The position numbers and the translations under genes are program-made. The notes beneath the pieces are model-generated. The model was not told the origin of the DNA, ran no database searches, and saw nothing but the letters and a program-made list of their open reading frames with translations. A stretch of DNA of 64,000 nucleotides from Candidatus Omnitrophota bacterium (GTDB taxonomy: Bacteria; Omnitrophota; Gorgyraeia; Zapsychrales; JAKLDJ01): NCBI GenBank assembly GCA_022703585.1, contig JAKLDJ010000005.1:5353-69352 (forward strand), written 5' to 3'. Positions 26,743 through 40,952 of this stretch are shown here, one piece after another; the stretch's first letter is position 1, and each line of letters opens with the position of its first letter.

Positions 26743-28827
26743 TTAGCCCGCCATCACCAGAGAAAGATAGGCAGGGTATCGTTTTTCGATCGTTGCTTTT
26801 ATTAAATGATTCGCCTTATTTTCCAATCGCGGATCCGCCTCAACTAAACCCATCGCTTCTTTGCGAGTAAGCTCCAAGATGTCAAGCTGGGTAGCCGGGT
26901 TGGCGATTTTTAATTCGTTGATTCCGTGTTGGTGGCGCCCAAAAAATTCCCCGGGCCCGCGGATCAACAAATCCTGTTCGGCAATTTTAAAACCATCCGT
27001 CGATGACAGGATAGCATCCAGCCGCGCCTTGGCTTCGGGGGTAGACGGGTCTCCGATTAAAATACAAAGAGAATCAACCGCCCCCCGCCCAATCCTGCCT
27101 CTAAGCTGATGCAACTGCGATAAGCCAAACCTGTCCGCGTGCTCAATAACCATGACCGTCGCGTTGGGGACATCGACACCAACTTCCAAAACAGTGGTCG
27201 CGATTAAGATATCGATTTCTTTATTTTTAAAACCATCCATGGCAGCCTGAGCCTCTTTACGTTTCATCTGCCCGTGGACCAATCCTATTTTAAAATCCTT
27301 AAATTCTTCCTTTTTGAAATACTCAAACATTGCCTTAGCCGCTTTCAAATCAAGTTTAGCAGATTCTTCGACAATCGGATAAACAATATACGCCTGCTGA
27401 CCTTGTTTTATTATCTCGCGTACCCGACCATAGGCCTCAGCCGCGTCATCTTCACGGAATAAAATCGTCCGGATCGATCCCCGCCCTTGCGGCAATTCAT
27501 CTAAAACAGAAATATCCAAATCTCCATACAGCGTCAGGCAAAGCGTCCGAGGAATCGGGGTCGCCGTCATGATAAGCACATCCGGATTAATACCCTTTGA
27601 AGGAAGTAACGACCGCTGGCGCACGCCGAATTTATGCTGTTCATCAATCACCACAAAGCTTAAATTCTTAAACTCCAGCCCCTCCTGTATAATCGCATGG
27701 GTGCCGATCAAAACGTCAATCTCGCCGGTCTTAACCTTTTGATACACGGCCTCCCTTTCTTTTTTTGTCATGTCACTGACCAAAAGCGCCAGGCGAACGT
27801 CTTTAAACGGGCCCTGGCGCACAATTTCGCTTAAGACATCAAAATGCTGCTTGGCCAAGATCTCCGTCGGCGCCATAAAGGCGGATTGGTTACCGTTTCT
27901 TTTAGCGGCCACGCACCCAAAGAATGCCACCAGGGTTTTTCCCGAGCCCACATCGCCCTGAAGCAAGCGGTGCATCGGACAATCCGCGCGCATATCGTCG
28001 GCAATTTCGCTGATGGCCTTCTTTTGCGCCTGCGTAAGTTCAAAAGCAAAAGAACTGAGAAATTCTTCGTAAAAACCGGGATCAATTTCATGCGCCATGC
28101 CTTTTTTCTGGACAATACTGGTCTTGCGCAAAAAGACCGATACCTGAAATAAAAAGAATTCCTCAAAAGAAATTCTTTTATAGGCTTCGGCCTGCAATTC
28201 AAAACTTTCAGGGAAATGGAGATTGAGAATGCTTTGGGTAAGATTAAGGAGTTTGTGTTTCTCGCGAAGAGTATACGGAATCGCCTCCGGGACAGTCCCG
28301 ACATGCCGGTCAAGGCAAAATTTTATGATCTTTCTTAATGACCGCTGGGTAAGCCCCCGTGTCAGCGGATACACCGGTACGATGCGGCCGATACTTAAAT
28401 TCCCCTCTTCTTCCTCTTCGATAATCTCATACTCGGGAGCGATCATTTGAATGCGGTCTTTGTAGATTTCGGCCTTGCCGTAAAAAACCGCGCGCGAATC
28501 CGGTTTAAAATAATTAGCGATATACGGCTGGTTAAACCAAACCCCCACCAATGACGTTTGACCATCAGTAATCACTACTTCCGAGACATGTTTTTTATGA
28601 TACCAGGCCTGGCGGCTGTTTTGGCTGACCACCTTGCCGGCAACCGTTTGCCACTCACCGAGCTTGATATTTGATATCGTCGTCATCTGCCGACGGTCTT
28701 CGTAGCGGCGAGGAAAGAAATACAAAAGATCCTCGACGTTTTCTATTCCCAGCTGGTTAAAAAGCTTTTTCCGGGAAGGGCCGACGCCTTTAATAAATTG
28801 AACAGAAATATCCTGCAAGTTTCTCAT
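26743..28827 (-). CDS. recG: ATP-dependent DNA helicase RecG
   Basis: 694 aa. It has an N-terminal wedge/OB region and helicase motifs GDVGSGKT, DEQHKFG, TATPIPRTL, HQLRGRIGRG. Confidence 0.85.
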   Translation of the reverse strand: MRNLQDISVQFIKGVGPSRKKLFNQLGIENVEDLLYFFPRRYEDRRQMTTISNIKLGEWQTVAGKVVSQNSRQAWYHKKHVSEVVITDGQTSLVGVWFNQPYIANYFKPDSRAVFYGKAEIYKDRIQMIAPEYEIIEEEEEGNLSIGRIVPVYPLTRGLTQRSLRKIIKFCLDRHVGTVPEAIPYTLREKHKLLNLTQSILNLHFPESFELQAEAYKRISFEEFFLFQVSVFLRKTSIVQKKGMAHEIDPGFYEEFLSSFAFELTQAQKKAISEIADDMRADCPMHRLLQGDVGSGKTLVAFFGCVAAKRNGNQSAFMAPTEILAKQHFDVLSEIVRQGPFKDVRLALLVSDMTKKEREAVYQKVKTGEIDVLIGTHAIIQEGLEFKNLSFVVIDEQHKFGVRQRSLLPSKGINPDVLIMTATPIPRTLCLTLYGDLDISVLDELPQGRGSIRTILFREDDAAEAYGRVREIIKQGQQAYIVYPIVEESAKLDLKAAKAMFEYFKKEEFKDFKIGLVHGQMKRKEAQAAMDGFKNKEIDILIATTVLEVGVDVPNATVMVIEHADRFGLSQLHQLRGRIGRGAVDSLCILIGDPSTPEAKARLDAILSSTDGFKIAEQDLLIRGPGEFFGRHQHGINELKIANPATQLDILELTRKEAMGLVEADPRLENKANHLIKATIEKRYPAYLSLVMAG

Positions 28828-29243
28828 TTTAACAAAACGACTCCCAGGACAACAAACAAGACTCCTCCGGCCTTGGCAAGGGTCAAAGGTTCTCCCAAAA
28901 ATAAAGTCCCGATCAAGAAACTAACAATAGGATACGAAGCCGCCACCGGGACAATGGTCGAGGCCTCACCTGTCTTAAGTCCCTGATAAAAAAATACCTG
29001 ACCTAAAATACTCGCCAAGAATCCGCCAGCCATCAAATAGAGCAGGCCGCTTTTACCGGTGAAAAAAGATTCCTTGATGCTGCCGAATTGAAAAAACAAA
29101 AGTAGGACAATGCCGATCAGAACCCCCAGGCAGCGGTAAAAAAGTCCTGCCATCGCCGGGACTTTTGCTAACCCTAACTTTTCCAGCGCCGGGACACAGC
29201 CCCATATCAACGATGCCAAAAGTGCCCAATAAAACGGTTTCAT
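28824..29243 (-). CDS. EamA-like (DMT superfamily) small membrane transporter
   Basis: 139 aa with four predicted TM helices and an EamA-like sequence. It overlaps the recG start by 4 nt. Confidence 0.55.
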   Translation of the reverse strand: MKPFYWALLASLIWGCVPALEKLGLAKVPAMAGLFYRCLGVLIGIVLLLFFQFGSIKESFFTGKSGLLYLMAGGFLASILGQVFFYQGLKTGEASTIVPVAASYPIVSFLIGTLFLGEPLTLAKAGGVLFVVLGVVLLK

Positions 29244-29246
29244 AAA

Positions 29247-30995
29247 TTATATCTCCTTCTTTGTGTTTTTTTCGACGAGGTACTGCAGTATTTCCAGCTC
29301 GTCTTTATCAAACCAGATAAATCCGCAAAAGATGCATTTATCGATCTCGACGTCGTAGACTAAGCTATAAAACATGCGCACCATCTTTGCCTCCAGATGC
29401 TGGCATTTCGGGCAAGACAGCAAATTCACCGTCTTTAAGTCAATTTTTCCGATAGCCCATTTCGCCTGTTCTTTTTTAATTACCCCAGCCATCTTCGCGA
29501 TCCGGTCGGAAAAAGAAAAATCCTCCCGGATCAAAATTCTATAAATATCGGTTTCGCCGACCAGGATCCCGCTACATCGGGGGCATTTTAAAACAGGCAC
29601 ACCTTCATACGAAATCTCACTTAAGGGAATGCGACACTTCGGACAATCCACCCCTGCGGCTTTAGAGCCCCGGGCTCCGTAGAGGGCCTGAAATACCCGA
29701 TTAACATCTTCGTCCTCACTGGCCATCATGATACGCCCGGTGCCAAAACATTTAATCCAGCTGTCGGGCCTAAGCCAATCAAGAGTCCCCATCTGTTCCG
29801 CGGTAAACGGCCCAAGCCAGTGTCCGTCTTTGTGCGCAATCCATTCCCGGGATACGGTTGCGTTGGTCGCACCATCAGGAAGGCCTCCCGCCATAACTCC
29901 CTGTTTCATTGGCGTCTGCGGCGAAGAAATTTGTTCCCTGCCAATCTGCTCCTCTCCGGGGTCATAAATCCTTTGTTTCGGCTTATGTTGAACCAGCCCC
30001 TTCTCGAGAGTAGCCACATCACTGTGGGCCATACCCAAAAGCACATCCAATCGCTGATTGACCGGCGGATGCGTCGAAAAGAGATCCGAAAACCATCCCC
30101 TCCCTTCGTCTAATCTGCTGTACGACGGGTTAACGATAAATATGGCCTTGATTTCTTCTCCCGGAATGCCACCGCCGCGCCAACGGTTTGAAATGGCGTA
30201 AAGCGCCTCGGCCAAACTCAAGGGATCTCGTGTCAAGCGAACAGCTACGGCATCCGCCCGCAGTTCCCTCTGCCTGGAAATAAACATATTCAAAAGATAG
30301 CTAACGTTAGTCACCAACCAAATAATTCCATATAGAATCGCGACATAGCCACCCCCGCGTCCGCTCGAACGGCCGTCCACGCCCTTTGCCAGTTGTTTCA
30401 TCCGAGACAACATAGTCGCATAGACTTCGAACAGCGAAACCGCTACGGTTGTATTTAAACAATCCCCGGAAACAACATGGGCCGCTTCATGCCCGACAAC
30501 CGCTTCAATCTGCGCCCGGGAAAGCCGTGTCAGCAGCCCCTCGGTTACCCCGATGACAGCCTGCCCTTCGAAATCAGCTATGGCAAAGGCATTCATCGCC
30601 CCCGTAGGGATAACTACCCCGCGGATCTTCCTGCCTCCGGTCGCGATCGAAACCTCGTCAATAATATTCTGAAACATCTGGTGGTACGTGTCTTTTGGAT
30701 TAAGCGCTTCTGCCTGGAGGGCGCCACAAAGCCTGGGGATCAAATTAGCGGTTGCCAGAAACCAGTGTGTTAGTCCGATAAAAAAGGCAATGCCTAAAAC
30801 TGCGAGAGTTTCCGAGGCGCTTACGGAAAAGGCCGCGGCATAATGCGCATAATGTTCGCCTTCGGATAGAAAATAAACTTTCGAAACAAAGTATATAATC
30901 CATGCCGCCAGAAAATAGAGAATGATCAAAAAAACAAAGACAAAACCGATTGTCCTGGTTTTGTCTTGTTCGATTTTTGTAAATGAATAAGGCAT
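29247..30995 (-). CDS. M48 family zinc metalloprotease (HtpX-like) with C-terminal zinc-ribbon domains
   Basis: 582 aa with N-terminal TM helices. It has the HExxH motif VGHEAAHVVSGD. The C-terminus has several CxxC pairs (CPKCRIP...CPRCSG; CPKCQH...CIFCGF). Confidence 0.7.
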   Translation of the reverse strand: MPYSFTKIEQDKTRTIGFVFVFLIILYFLAAWIIYFVSKVYFLSEGEHYAHYAAAFSVSASETLAVLGIAFFIGLTHWFLATANLIPRLCGALQAEALNPKDTYHQMFQNIIDEVSIATGGRKIRGVVIPTGAMNAFAIADFEGQAVIGVTEGLLTRLSRAQIEAVVGHEAAHVVSGDCLNTTVAVSLFEVYATMLSRMKQLAKGVDGRSSGRGGGYVAILYGIIWLVTNVSYLLNMFISRQRELRADAVAVRLTRDPLSLAEALYAISNRWRGGGIPGEEIKAIFIVNPSYSRLDEGRGWFSDLFSTHPPVNQRLDVLLGMAHSDVATLEKGLVQHKPKQRIYDPGEEQIGREQISSPQTPMKQGVMAGGLPDGATNATVSREWIAHKDGHWLGPFTAEQMGTLDWLRPDSWIKCFGTGRIMMASEDEDVNRVFQALYGARGSKAAGVDCPKCRIPLSEISYEGVPVLKCPRCSGILVGETDIYRILIREDFSFSDRIAKMAGVIKKEQAKWAIGKIDLKTVNLLSCPKCQHLEAKMVRMFYSLVYDVEIDKCIFCGFIWFDKDELEILQYLVEKNTKKEI

Positions 30996-31034
30996 GGCCC
31001 TTGCTACTGATGGATCGCCTTAAGAAACGGCGAC

Positions 31035-31592
31035 TTAGAATTTTACGGCCGGGGGTTCTTTTTGCGCCTTATCTTCAATCTCGAAGAATTCGTAGGATTT
31101 AAATCCCGCCATGCCGGCAACAATATTATTAGGGATAGTCTGCACTGTTGTGTTGAACCGTGCGGCTTCGTCATTGTAGTATTGCCGGGCAAAGGCAATC
31201 TTGTTTTCGGTCGAGGTCAACTCCTCTTGAAGCTTTAGCATATGCTGGTCGGCTTTTAGATTCGGATAATTCTCCACAACCGCAAAAAGGCTGCGCAGGG
31301 TTTGGCTCAAGAAATTCTCCGCTTGCTGTTTGTCTTTAAGCCCACTGGCGTCAACCGCCTGCTGCCTGGCCTTAACCACCGCTTCCAGCGTCCCTCGTTC
31401 ATGGGCAATATAACCCTTGGCAACCTCAATCAGGTTCGGGATCAGATCATGCCGCCTTTTAAGCTGGACGTCGATTTGAGACCAGCCGTTTTCAACATTT
31501 TGTTTTAAGCCGATAATCCGGTTGTAGACACCGACAAACCATAGCGCCAGAAACACAATTACGCCGAGAATAATCACCAAGGTCATTGTCAT
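31035..31592 (-). CDS. lemA: LemA family protein
   Basis: 185 aa with an N-terminal TM and the LemA core GLKQNVENGWSQIDVQLKRRHDLIPNLIEVAKGY...LFAVVENYPNLKA. Confidence 0.8.
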   Translation of the reverse strand: MTMTLVIILGVIVFLALWFVGVYNRIIGLKQNVENGWSQIDVQLKRRHDLIPNLIEVAKGYIAHERGTLEAVVKARQQAVDASGLKDKQQAENFLSQTLRSLFAVVENYPNLKADQHMLKLQEELTSTENKIAFARQYYNDEAARFNTTVQTIPNNIVAGMAGFKSYEFFEIEDKAQKEPPAVKF

Positions 31593-31646
31593 CTCAACTG
31601 TCTCCTTTCAGTTCTTAATAATACAGTGCTCCTGCGCTCATTCTAG

Positions 31647-32045
31647 CTAGATAGAACGCATGCGGCTTAATCGCTTTTCCAGGCGGCGTTTATAGCCTTC
31701 CTGGAAGGTATCATGGAGATCGAAACCGTTCCGAAAGCTTTCAATGGTGTCTTCTTCGGTCTTGCTTAAAACCTTATTTTCGACAAGATTAAAAACGATA
31801 TTTCCGAAATCCTCGGTGCTTTTTATCCCCCAATGCTTAAGCACGGACAATGTCATGGGGCCGAATTTTTCCATCAAGAGCTCTCTAATGCCGGCCAAAA
31901 GCTCTTCCCCGGTTACATGTTTTACGCGCCGAAATTTCTTCTGGGTAAAGCTTAAGGCCTCCATAACCAACTCATAGGCATCGGCTTTGTACCGGGAGTC
32001 TTTTTCGATAATACCGTCGATGATCACATCAAACTGGCGATTCAT
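31647..32045 (-). CDS. Hypothetical protein
   Basis: 132 aa ORF with good coding character; I recognise no family. Confidence 0.35.
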   Translation of the reverse strand: MNRQFDVIIDGIIEKDSRYKADAYELVMEALSFTQKKFRRVKHVTGEELLAGIRELLMEKFGPMTLSVLKHWGIKSTEDFGNIVFNLVENKVLSKTEEDTIESFRNGFDLHDTFQEGYKRRLEKRLSRMRSI

Positions 32046-32113
32046 TCTTTAACTTTCCTCATTTCTTGTCGATAACAACTCTGCGCCCCAGGCGGACTCG
32101 CCCGACAGAGAAA

Positions 32114-32401
32114 TTACATATTTGCCTTCAGTTTATTTTCCCTGGCCTGAAACCATGCCAAGACAAACGCCGTCAGCGAAGAAAGCCCGAGAATAAAAGC
32201 AATATCAAATCTCCCGGAAATCTGGATTGACCAATAACTGAAAAGGAGAAAATAAATACCCCAGACAATCTTTCTTAAGGGATGCAACCCAAACCCGTCG
32301 CAAAAAGAAAAATAGACATACCAGACATAGACCGACAGCGGGAGCAACTCCTTTAAGAAGATATCCTGAATAAAAACTTTATCGAGGGCCGAGACACACA
32401 T
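32114..32401 (-). CDS. Hypothetical small membrane protein
   Basis: 95 aa, strongly hydrophobic (2-3 TM). Confidence 0.3.
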   Translation of the reverse strand: MCVSALDKVFIQDIFLKELLPLSVYVWYVYFSFCDGFGLHPLRKIVWGIYFLLFSYWSIQISGRFDIAFILGLSSLTAFVLAWFQARENKLKANM

Positions 32402-32634
32402 AATAGGCTCCTTTTCTTAATCAAATATGTTTAAATGCCCGGAAGCATAATTGCAAAAACAACATTTTTATGATAACGCAAAATGGCCCCGAAATCAAAA
32501 AAATTATGGAAATTCGTCGGGATTGGCCTTGAACACAAATTTTTCATGCAGAAATAATTACCGCCGATACCGTTTGGCAAGAACAACAAAGAAATCCGGA
32601 TTGCACATTAAAAAAGCTATGCGATAATAATAAT

Positions 32635-33075
32635 ATGAATTTACGGGGAATTTTCTGGAAAATCTATTTGATCCTTTATGCGCCTTTTGCAGTCGATGCA
32701 TTCTTCAACATCGCATCCAAAGAATCGGCACCCTACATCTACTATCATACGCTGGGCGCATTCAGCAAAAATCTCGTTTTTAACTATTACCTAAGCGCTG
32801 CCTGTGGTTTTGTCAATCTTGTTTGCCTGCTGCCCATCTTCATGCTTGCTTTTAACATCCGAAGCACGCGGCCCGATATCTGGAAATGGCTTTTTACCTT
32901 GCGCATTGCACTTGACGTCACCGGCCACGCGTACGAGATAAGCGTTATACGGGCCATGCTGAATACAGATTTTTGGTACGGTTTTCAAGCGATTATCGCC
33001 TCAACGGTTTTTCTGGCGCCTTCCTACGCCGCTTGTTTTCAGTACGCGTTCCCAAATAAGAAAATAATCAAATAA
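32635..33075 (+). CDS. Hypothetical membrane protein
   Basis: 146 aa with about four predicted TM helices. It is the only clear plus-strand gene in this region. Confidence 0.4.
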   Translation: MNLRGIFWKIYLILYAPFAVDAFFNIASKESAPYIYYHTLGAFSKNLVFNYYLSAACGFVNLVCLLPIFMLAFNIRSTRPDIWKWLFTLRIALDVTGHAYEISVIRAMLNTDFWYGFQAIIASTVFLAPSYAACFQYAFPNKKIIK

Positions 33076-33089
33076 AGAATTTCCTAAAA

Positions 33090-33122
33090 ACAAAAGGGGC
33101 TCGCATTATTCATGCGAGCCCC
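33090..33122. terminator. Bidirectional rho-independent terminator (rrn operon end, and 3' of the plus-strand gene)
   Basis: AAAAGGGGCTCGCATTATTCATGCGAGCCCCT forms a GC-rich stem. It is flanked by A-run/T-run on both strands: minus strand GGGGCTCGCAT..ATGCGAGCCCCTTTTGTTTTT. Confidence 0.7.
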
Positions 33123-33132
33123 TAGAAATTAA

Positions 33133-33246
33133 CCGGTAACTTTCTACTCTCCCATAGCCTCGCGGCCATAGTACCATCGACCTCGAAGGGCTTAACTTCC
33201 GTATTCGGAATGGGAACGGGTGTTGCCCCTTCGGCAATGTTACCGG
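33133..33246 (-). rRNA. rrf: 5S ribosomal RNA
   Basis: The reverse complement reads ...GGCCGCGAGGCTATGGGAGAGTAGAAAGTTACCGG, with conserved 5S motifs (CCGAATACGGAAGTTAAGCCC, GAGAGTAG). Confidence 0.8.
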
Positions 33247-33364
33247 AATAGCTTTGAATATTGGCTATTGCGCGCCCAGCTTTCGCTGGGCGCGCACTAG
33301 CACGACAATTACGTCATTGAAAGATAAACTTCAACCAAAAAAATCATAATAATGTATAAGATGA

Positions 33365-36337
<2,973 letters not shown>

Positions 36338-36489
36338 ACATTATATTGCCGTTATTAACCAATTTCTTGGCGCTTAACCGGACTGATTCTCGATTTGATT
36401 GTAGTTTGTCTACCTATGACGTAATTGTCAAAGAACATACTTGCGCGCCAGAGGCGCGCAAAGAAATGTTAAAAATTTTATTGCCTTTT

Positions 36490-36565
36490 TGGTGGAGCTG
36501 AGGAGGATCGAACTCCTGACCCCCTGCTTGCAAAGCAGGTGCTCTCCCAGCTGAGCTACAGCCCC
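36490..36565 (-). tRNA. tRNA-Ala (anticodon TGC), CCA encoded
   Basis: Reverse complement: GGGGCTGTAGCTCAGCTGGGAGAGCACCTGCTTTGCAAGCAGGGGGTCAGGAGTTCGATCCTCCTCAGCTCCACCA. Confidence 0.9.
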
Positions 36566-36568
36566 TTC

Positions 36569-36648
36569 TAGCTTTCAGTCGTCAGTCATCAGCTTTCAGC
36601 ATTACTGCTCATCTATGCTGATAGCTGAAGGCTGATGGCTGATAGCAT
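36569..36648. repeat. Palindromic GCTTTCAGC/GCTGAAAGC-family repeat inserted in the tRNA-Ala/tRNA-Ile spacer of the rRNA operon
   Basis: TAGCTTTCAGTCGTCAGTCATCAGCTTTCAGCATTACTGCTCATCTATGCTGATAGCTGAAGGCTGATGGCTGATAGC. Confidence 0.8.
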
Positions 36649-36652
36649 AAAA

Positions 36653-36728
36653 TGGTGGGCCCAAGTGGACTTGAACCACTCACCCCCGCGTTATCAGCAC
36701 GGTGCTCTGCCAGATGAGCTATGGGCCC
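36653..36728 (-). tRNA. tRNA-Ile (anticodon GAT), CCA encoded
   Basis: Reverse complement: GGGCCCATAGCTCATCTGGCAGAGCACCGTGCTGATAACGCGGGGGTGAGTGGTTCAAGTCCACTTGGGCCCACCA. Confidence 0.9.
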
Positions 36729-37037
36729 AAAGCATCTTCGGTAATACCGAAAATCGGGGCCCGTAGCAAAGCCTTTAGAAGACAGGGGTGCTTGTCAGAC
36801 CCCCAAAAAAATAAATGCCAAGTCATCATGAAAAGCTGAACTGCTCATGATCATTTCATTTGTTACGTTTGTTGCTGTTGCTGGTTTTTCTTTTCCTTTG
36901 TGAAAAGAATCCTGGTTGCGTGCGTTAGAAAAAGCAATATTGCTATCACTTATCCCTACGCTTCGCTCCGGGATTATTTTTCTTAACGCTTACGTTCGCC
37001 CTTACGGGCTCCGTAAGCGTAACGAAAAATAAAAAGA

Positions 37038-38620
<1,583 letters not shown>

Positions 38621-38797
38621 TAATGACTTGGCTTTAAAACATTTAAACAGGCAATAAAATTTTCAAAGAGCAAAAAAAATTCAGGCGGCATGCCTTGCGG
38701 CATGCCGCAGAATTTGGAGAATACGTTTTAAATGATTAAGATCGAAGTGGTTCTTGAATTACTTCTCGCTGAAGTGTTCCTTCGTTGAGGTGGCACA

Positions 38798-38826
38798 AGA
38801 ATAACAGACCGCAAATACTTTGTCAA
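38798..38826 (-). promoter_or_regulatory. Putative sigma70 promoter of the rRNA operon
   Basis: The minus strand reads TTGACA-aagtatttgcggtctgt-TATTCT with 17 bp spacing and an upstream A/T-rich tract. It lies ~180 bp upstream of the 16S 5' end. Confidence 0.5.
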
Positions 38827-38924
38827 GTATTTTTTTTATGTTTCTAAGTGCTTGGAAAGGCGCGAGTTTAAGGCGGGTAAAGAGTGCTTGGGGCGGGCGG
38901 GCTGGGCGCGCCCGCCCTTGCTTT

Positions 38925-39836
38925 TCACGCAAAAATCCTCTGGAAATTCTCGCAGAAAATAAGATTTTTTTGCTCAGCCGTCAGCGGCGAAACGACAAGC
39001 ACGCCTATGGATTCTCCGATATTCTGGTTAGCCGGATAATCACTGCCCCAAAGCACATGCCCAGCATCCGCCAACTCTAGCGCGCAGGCCAAGGCAGCCG
39101 GCGATTTAGAACCGCTCACATCAAAATATAAGTTTTTAAAATATTCGCTGGGAAGCTTCGAAAGATCTTTTACAAAATTACGTTTTAAAAGCATCTGATA
39201 CGTATTATCGAATCGTTCTTTGACAAACGGCAGCACCCCGCCGTAATGGGCAAATATAAATTTAACTTTTGGAAATTTCAGGAACGTCCCTTCCATCATC
39301 ATTTTACCGATGCACATGGAAACATCAAAGACGTATTCAAGGACGGGCGACAAAAGCGGGTCGCGAACGCGGTCTTCGCCAATCGGATTGATAATCTGCG
39401 GATGGACGTGGATGGGGAAATTTTTTTCCCCCGCGAATTCCCAGGCAGGGAAAAAAATTTCCCCATCCAGATATTTCCCCTCATAACTCGACGCTATCGA
39501 AATGGCTTTGAGCCCCAAGCCTTCGATGCGTTTCAGTTCTTCTTTAAGCGCCTGCGCATTATCCACCGGCACAATCCCGGCGCCGACAAATCGGTCTTTG
39601 TGCTTTTTGACAACTGCGGCAACGCCTTCGTTATAGATCCGGCAAACATTTCCCCATCCGCCCATGTTAAGGTGCGCATCGGTGCTTGGATAAAGCAAAA
39701 GAGCCTTCTCGATACCATGCGCATCCATGCTTTTAAGCTGCGCCTCGGCATCAGACCAGAAGACCTTAAAGAACGCCGTATTCTTGGCGACTTCGGGTGG
39801 GATGTAGTGGGAATGGGAATCGAAGATTTTGGGCAT
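38925..39836 (-). CDS. Amidohydrolase-2 family (TIM-barrel metal-dependent hydrolase, ACMSD-like)
   Basis: 303 aa. It has the N-terminal metal-binding motif IFDSHSHY, then AHYGG and GSDYP near the C-terminus. Confidence 0.65.
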   Translation of the reverse strand: MPKIFDSHSHYIPPEVAKNTAFFKVFWSDAEAQLKSMDAHGIEKALLLYPSTDAHLNMGGWGNVCRIYNEGVAAVVKKHKDRFVGAGIVPVDNAQALKEELKRIEGLGLKAISIASSYEGKYLDGEIFFPAWEFAGEKNFPIHVHPQIINPIGEDRVRDPLLSPVLEYVFDVSMCIGKMMMEGTFLKFPKVKFIFAHYGGVLPFVKERFDNTYQMLLKRNFVKDLSKLPSEYFKNLYFDVSGSKSPAALACALELADAGHVLWGSDYPANQNIGESIGVLVVSPLTAEQKNLIFCENFQRIFA

Positions 39837-39880
39837 AATTTAGTGTCTCGTCTCTCGTCGCTCGTGGTTCGTTTATGAAT

Positions 39881-40651
39881 TTAGGTGCGTGCCTCCGAAG
39901 ATTTATCCTTGACTTCGGGAGCGATTTTATCTTTCAATAATTTAGTTAATTCTTCTTTTTCAGACTTAAATTCTTCAGAATCAATTTCATCTATTAGGTC
40001 AACTAACTCTTTTATGTCATCAGGGTCAGTGATTGCTTCAGTTGCGTTTAGTGATTTCTTAAAAAACCATAAATTTGTTTTAATCCATTTTTTATCAGAA
40101 CCACAGCGTATGAATTCTTTTAACCCACGTCCAAACCAAAGAACCGCAGTGTTGGACTGACCCGCAGTCTCGTGAATCCTCCCTAATGCATTATAAATAT
40201 AGCCGAAAGAGTTTCTTCTGCCGTATAAATATTTTTCCTCCATCGTCTTAAATTTAGTGTCTGTATCAGTTTTGATACCCGCTACCAATTTTTTTGTGTG
40301 CTCAGAAAATTCTTGCCTAATTTCATCCCTAACTTTATTCACATCTCTTTTTAAATCATTTTTTATTACCACAATCTGAAGCAGGCCGCTAACTGCAATA
40401 AAAAAGAAAGTTAAAGCAATGAATACGCTGACGTTAACAGAATAGCTATGTTCCAACGCTACTAGAATATCGCTATTGTTTCTCTCGCGAAGCTCAAATT
40501 TTTCTTCTATCCCAGATATTTTATCTTGAAGCAATGTGATCTTAGCCATAGATAATTCGCTAGCGTTTAATTCTTTCTTGGGCTCAGCATAAGAGAGAGT
40601 CGAAAATAGCATAGATAACAAAATAGCTAACGCAATCTTTTTCATATTCAT
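39881..40651 (-). CDS. Hypothetical secreted/membrane-anchored coiled-coil protein
   Basis: 256 aa with a signal peptide (MNMKKIALAILLSMLFSTLSYA), one internal TM helix and K/E-rich helical segments. Confidence 0.4.
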   Translation of the reverse strand: MNMKKIALAILLSMLFSTLSYAEPKKELNASELSMAKITLLQDKISGIEEKFELRERNNSDILVALEHSYSVNVSVFIALTFFFIAVSGLLQIVVIKNDLKRDVNKVRDEIRQEFSEHTKKLVAGIKTDTDTKFKTMEEKYLYGRRNSFGYIYNALGRIHETAGQSNTAVLWFGRGLKEFIRCGSDKKWIKTNLWFFKKSLNATEAITDPDDIKELVDLIDEIDSEEFKSEKEELTKLLKDKIAPEVKDKSSEART

Positions 40652-40952
40652 TCCTTTCCAAAAAATTATTCAGACCGTTTCTCACTATCACCTACGCTCA
40701 AAAAAAACGTGCCAGGCACTTTTTGGGGACAGGTACCTTTTCTCTAGGGACCCGGTCCCCACAACCCTTTACGCTAAATCACTTTACAACTGACCTGTCC
40801 CCATTAGGCTGCTTTTGGGGCGCTGGTATCGCAGAATGCGATACCAGCGCCCTGTATAAATCAACCTTCGGAACCCGTCTTCGTCCCGCACTTTCGGGCG
40901 GGACTTCGCCGAGGCAATCCGTCCGCAAAGCTAACACTTGAGCGAAAACCAA

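Noticed and set aside
10800-28313. Embedded antisense ORFs inside well-supported genes (e.g. 10800..11111, 12388..12606, 16856..17368, 23074..23601, 27831..28313, 29728..30113)
   Set aside because: Each is fully overlapped on the opposite strand by a longer ORF with strong family motifs (histidine kinase, HD-GYP, AAR-like, FabD, RecG, M48). They have no independent support.
40723-40941. 72-aa plus-strand ORF in the hairpin-rich intergenic region
   Set aside because: It has low-complexity G/T/S/P-rich composition. It spans three palindromes on the opposite orientation to all neighbouring genes and has no RBS, so it is more likely non-coding structured DNA or RNA.
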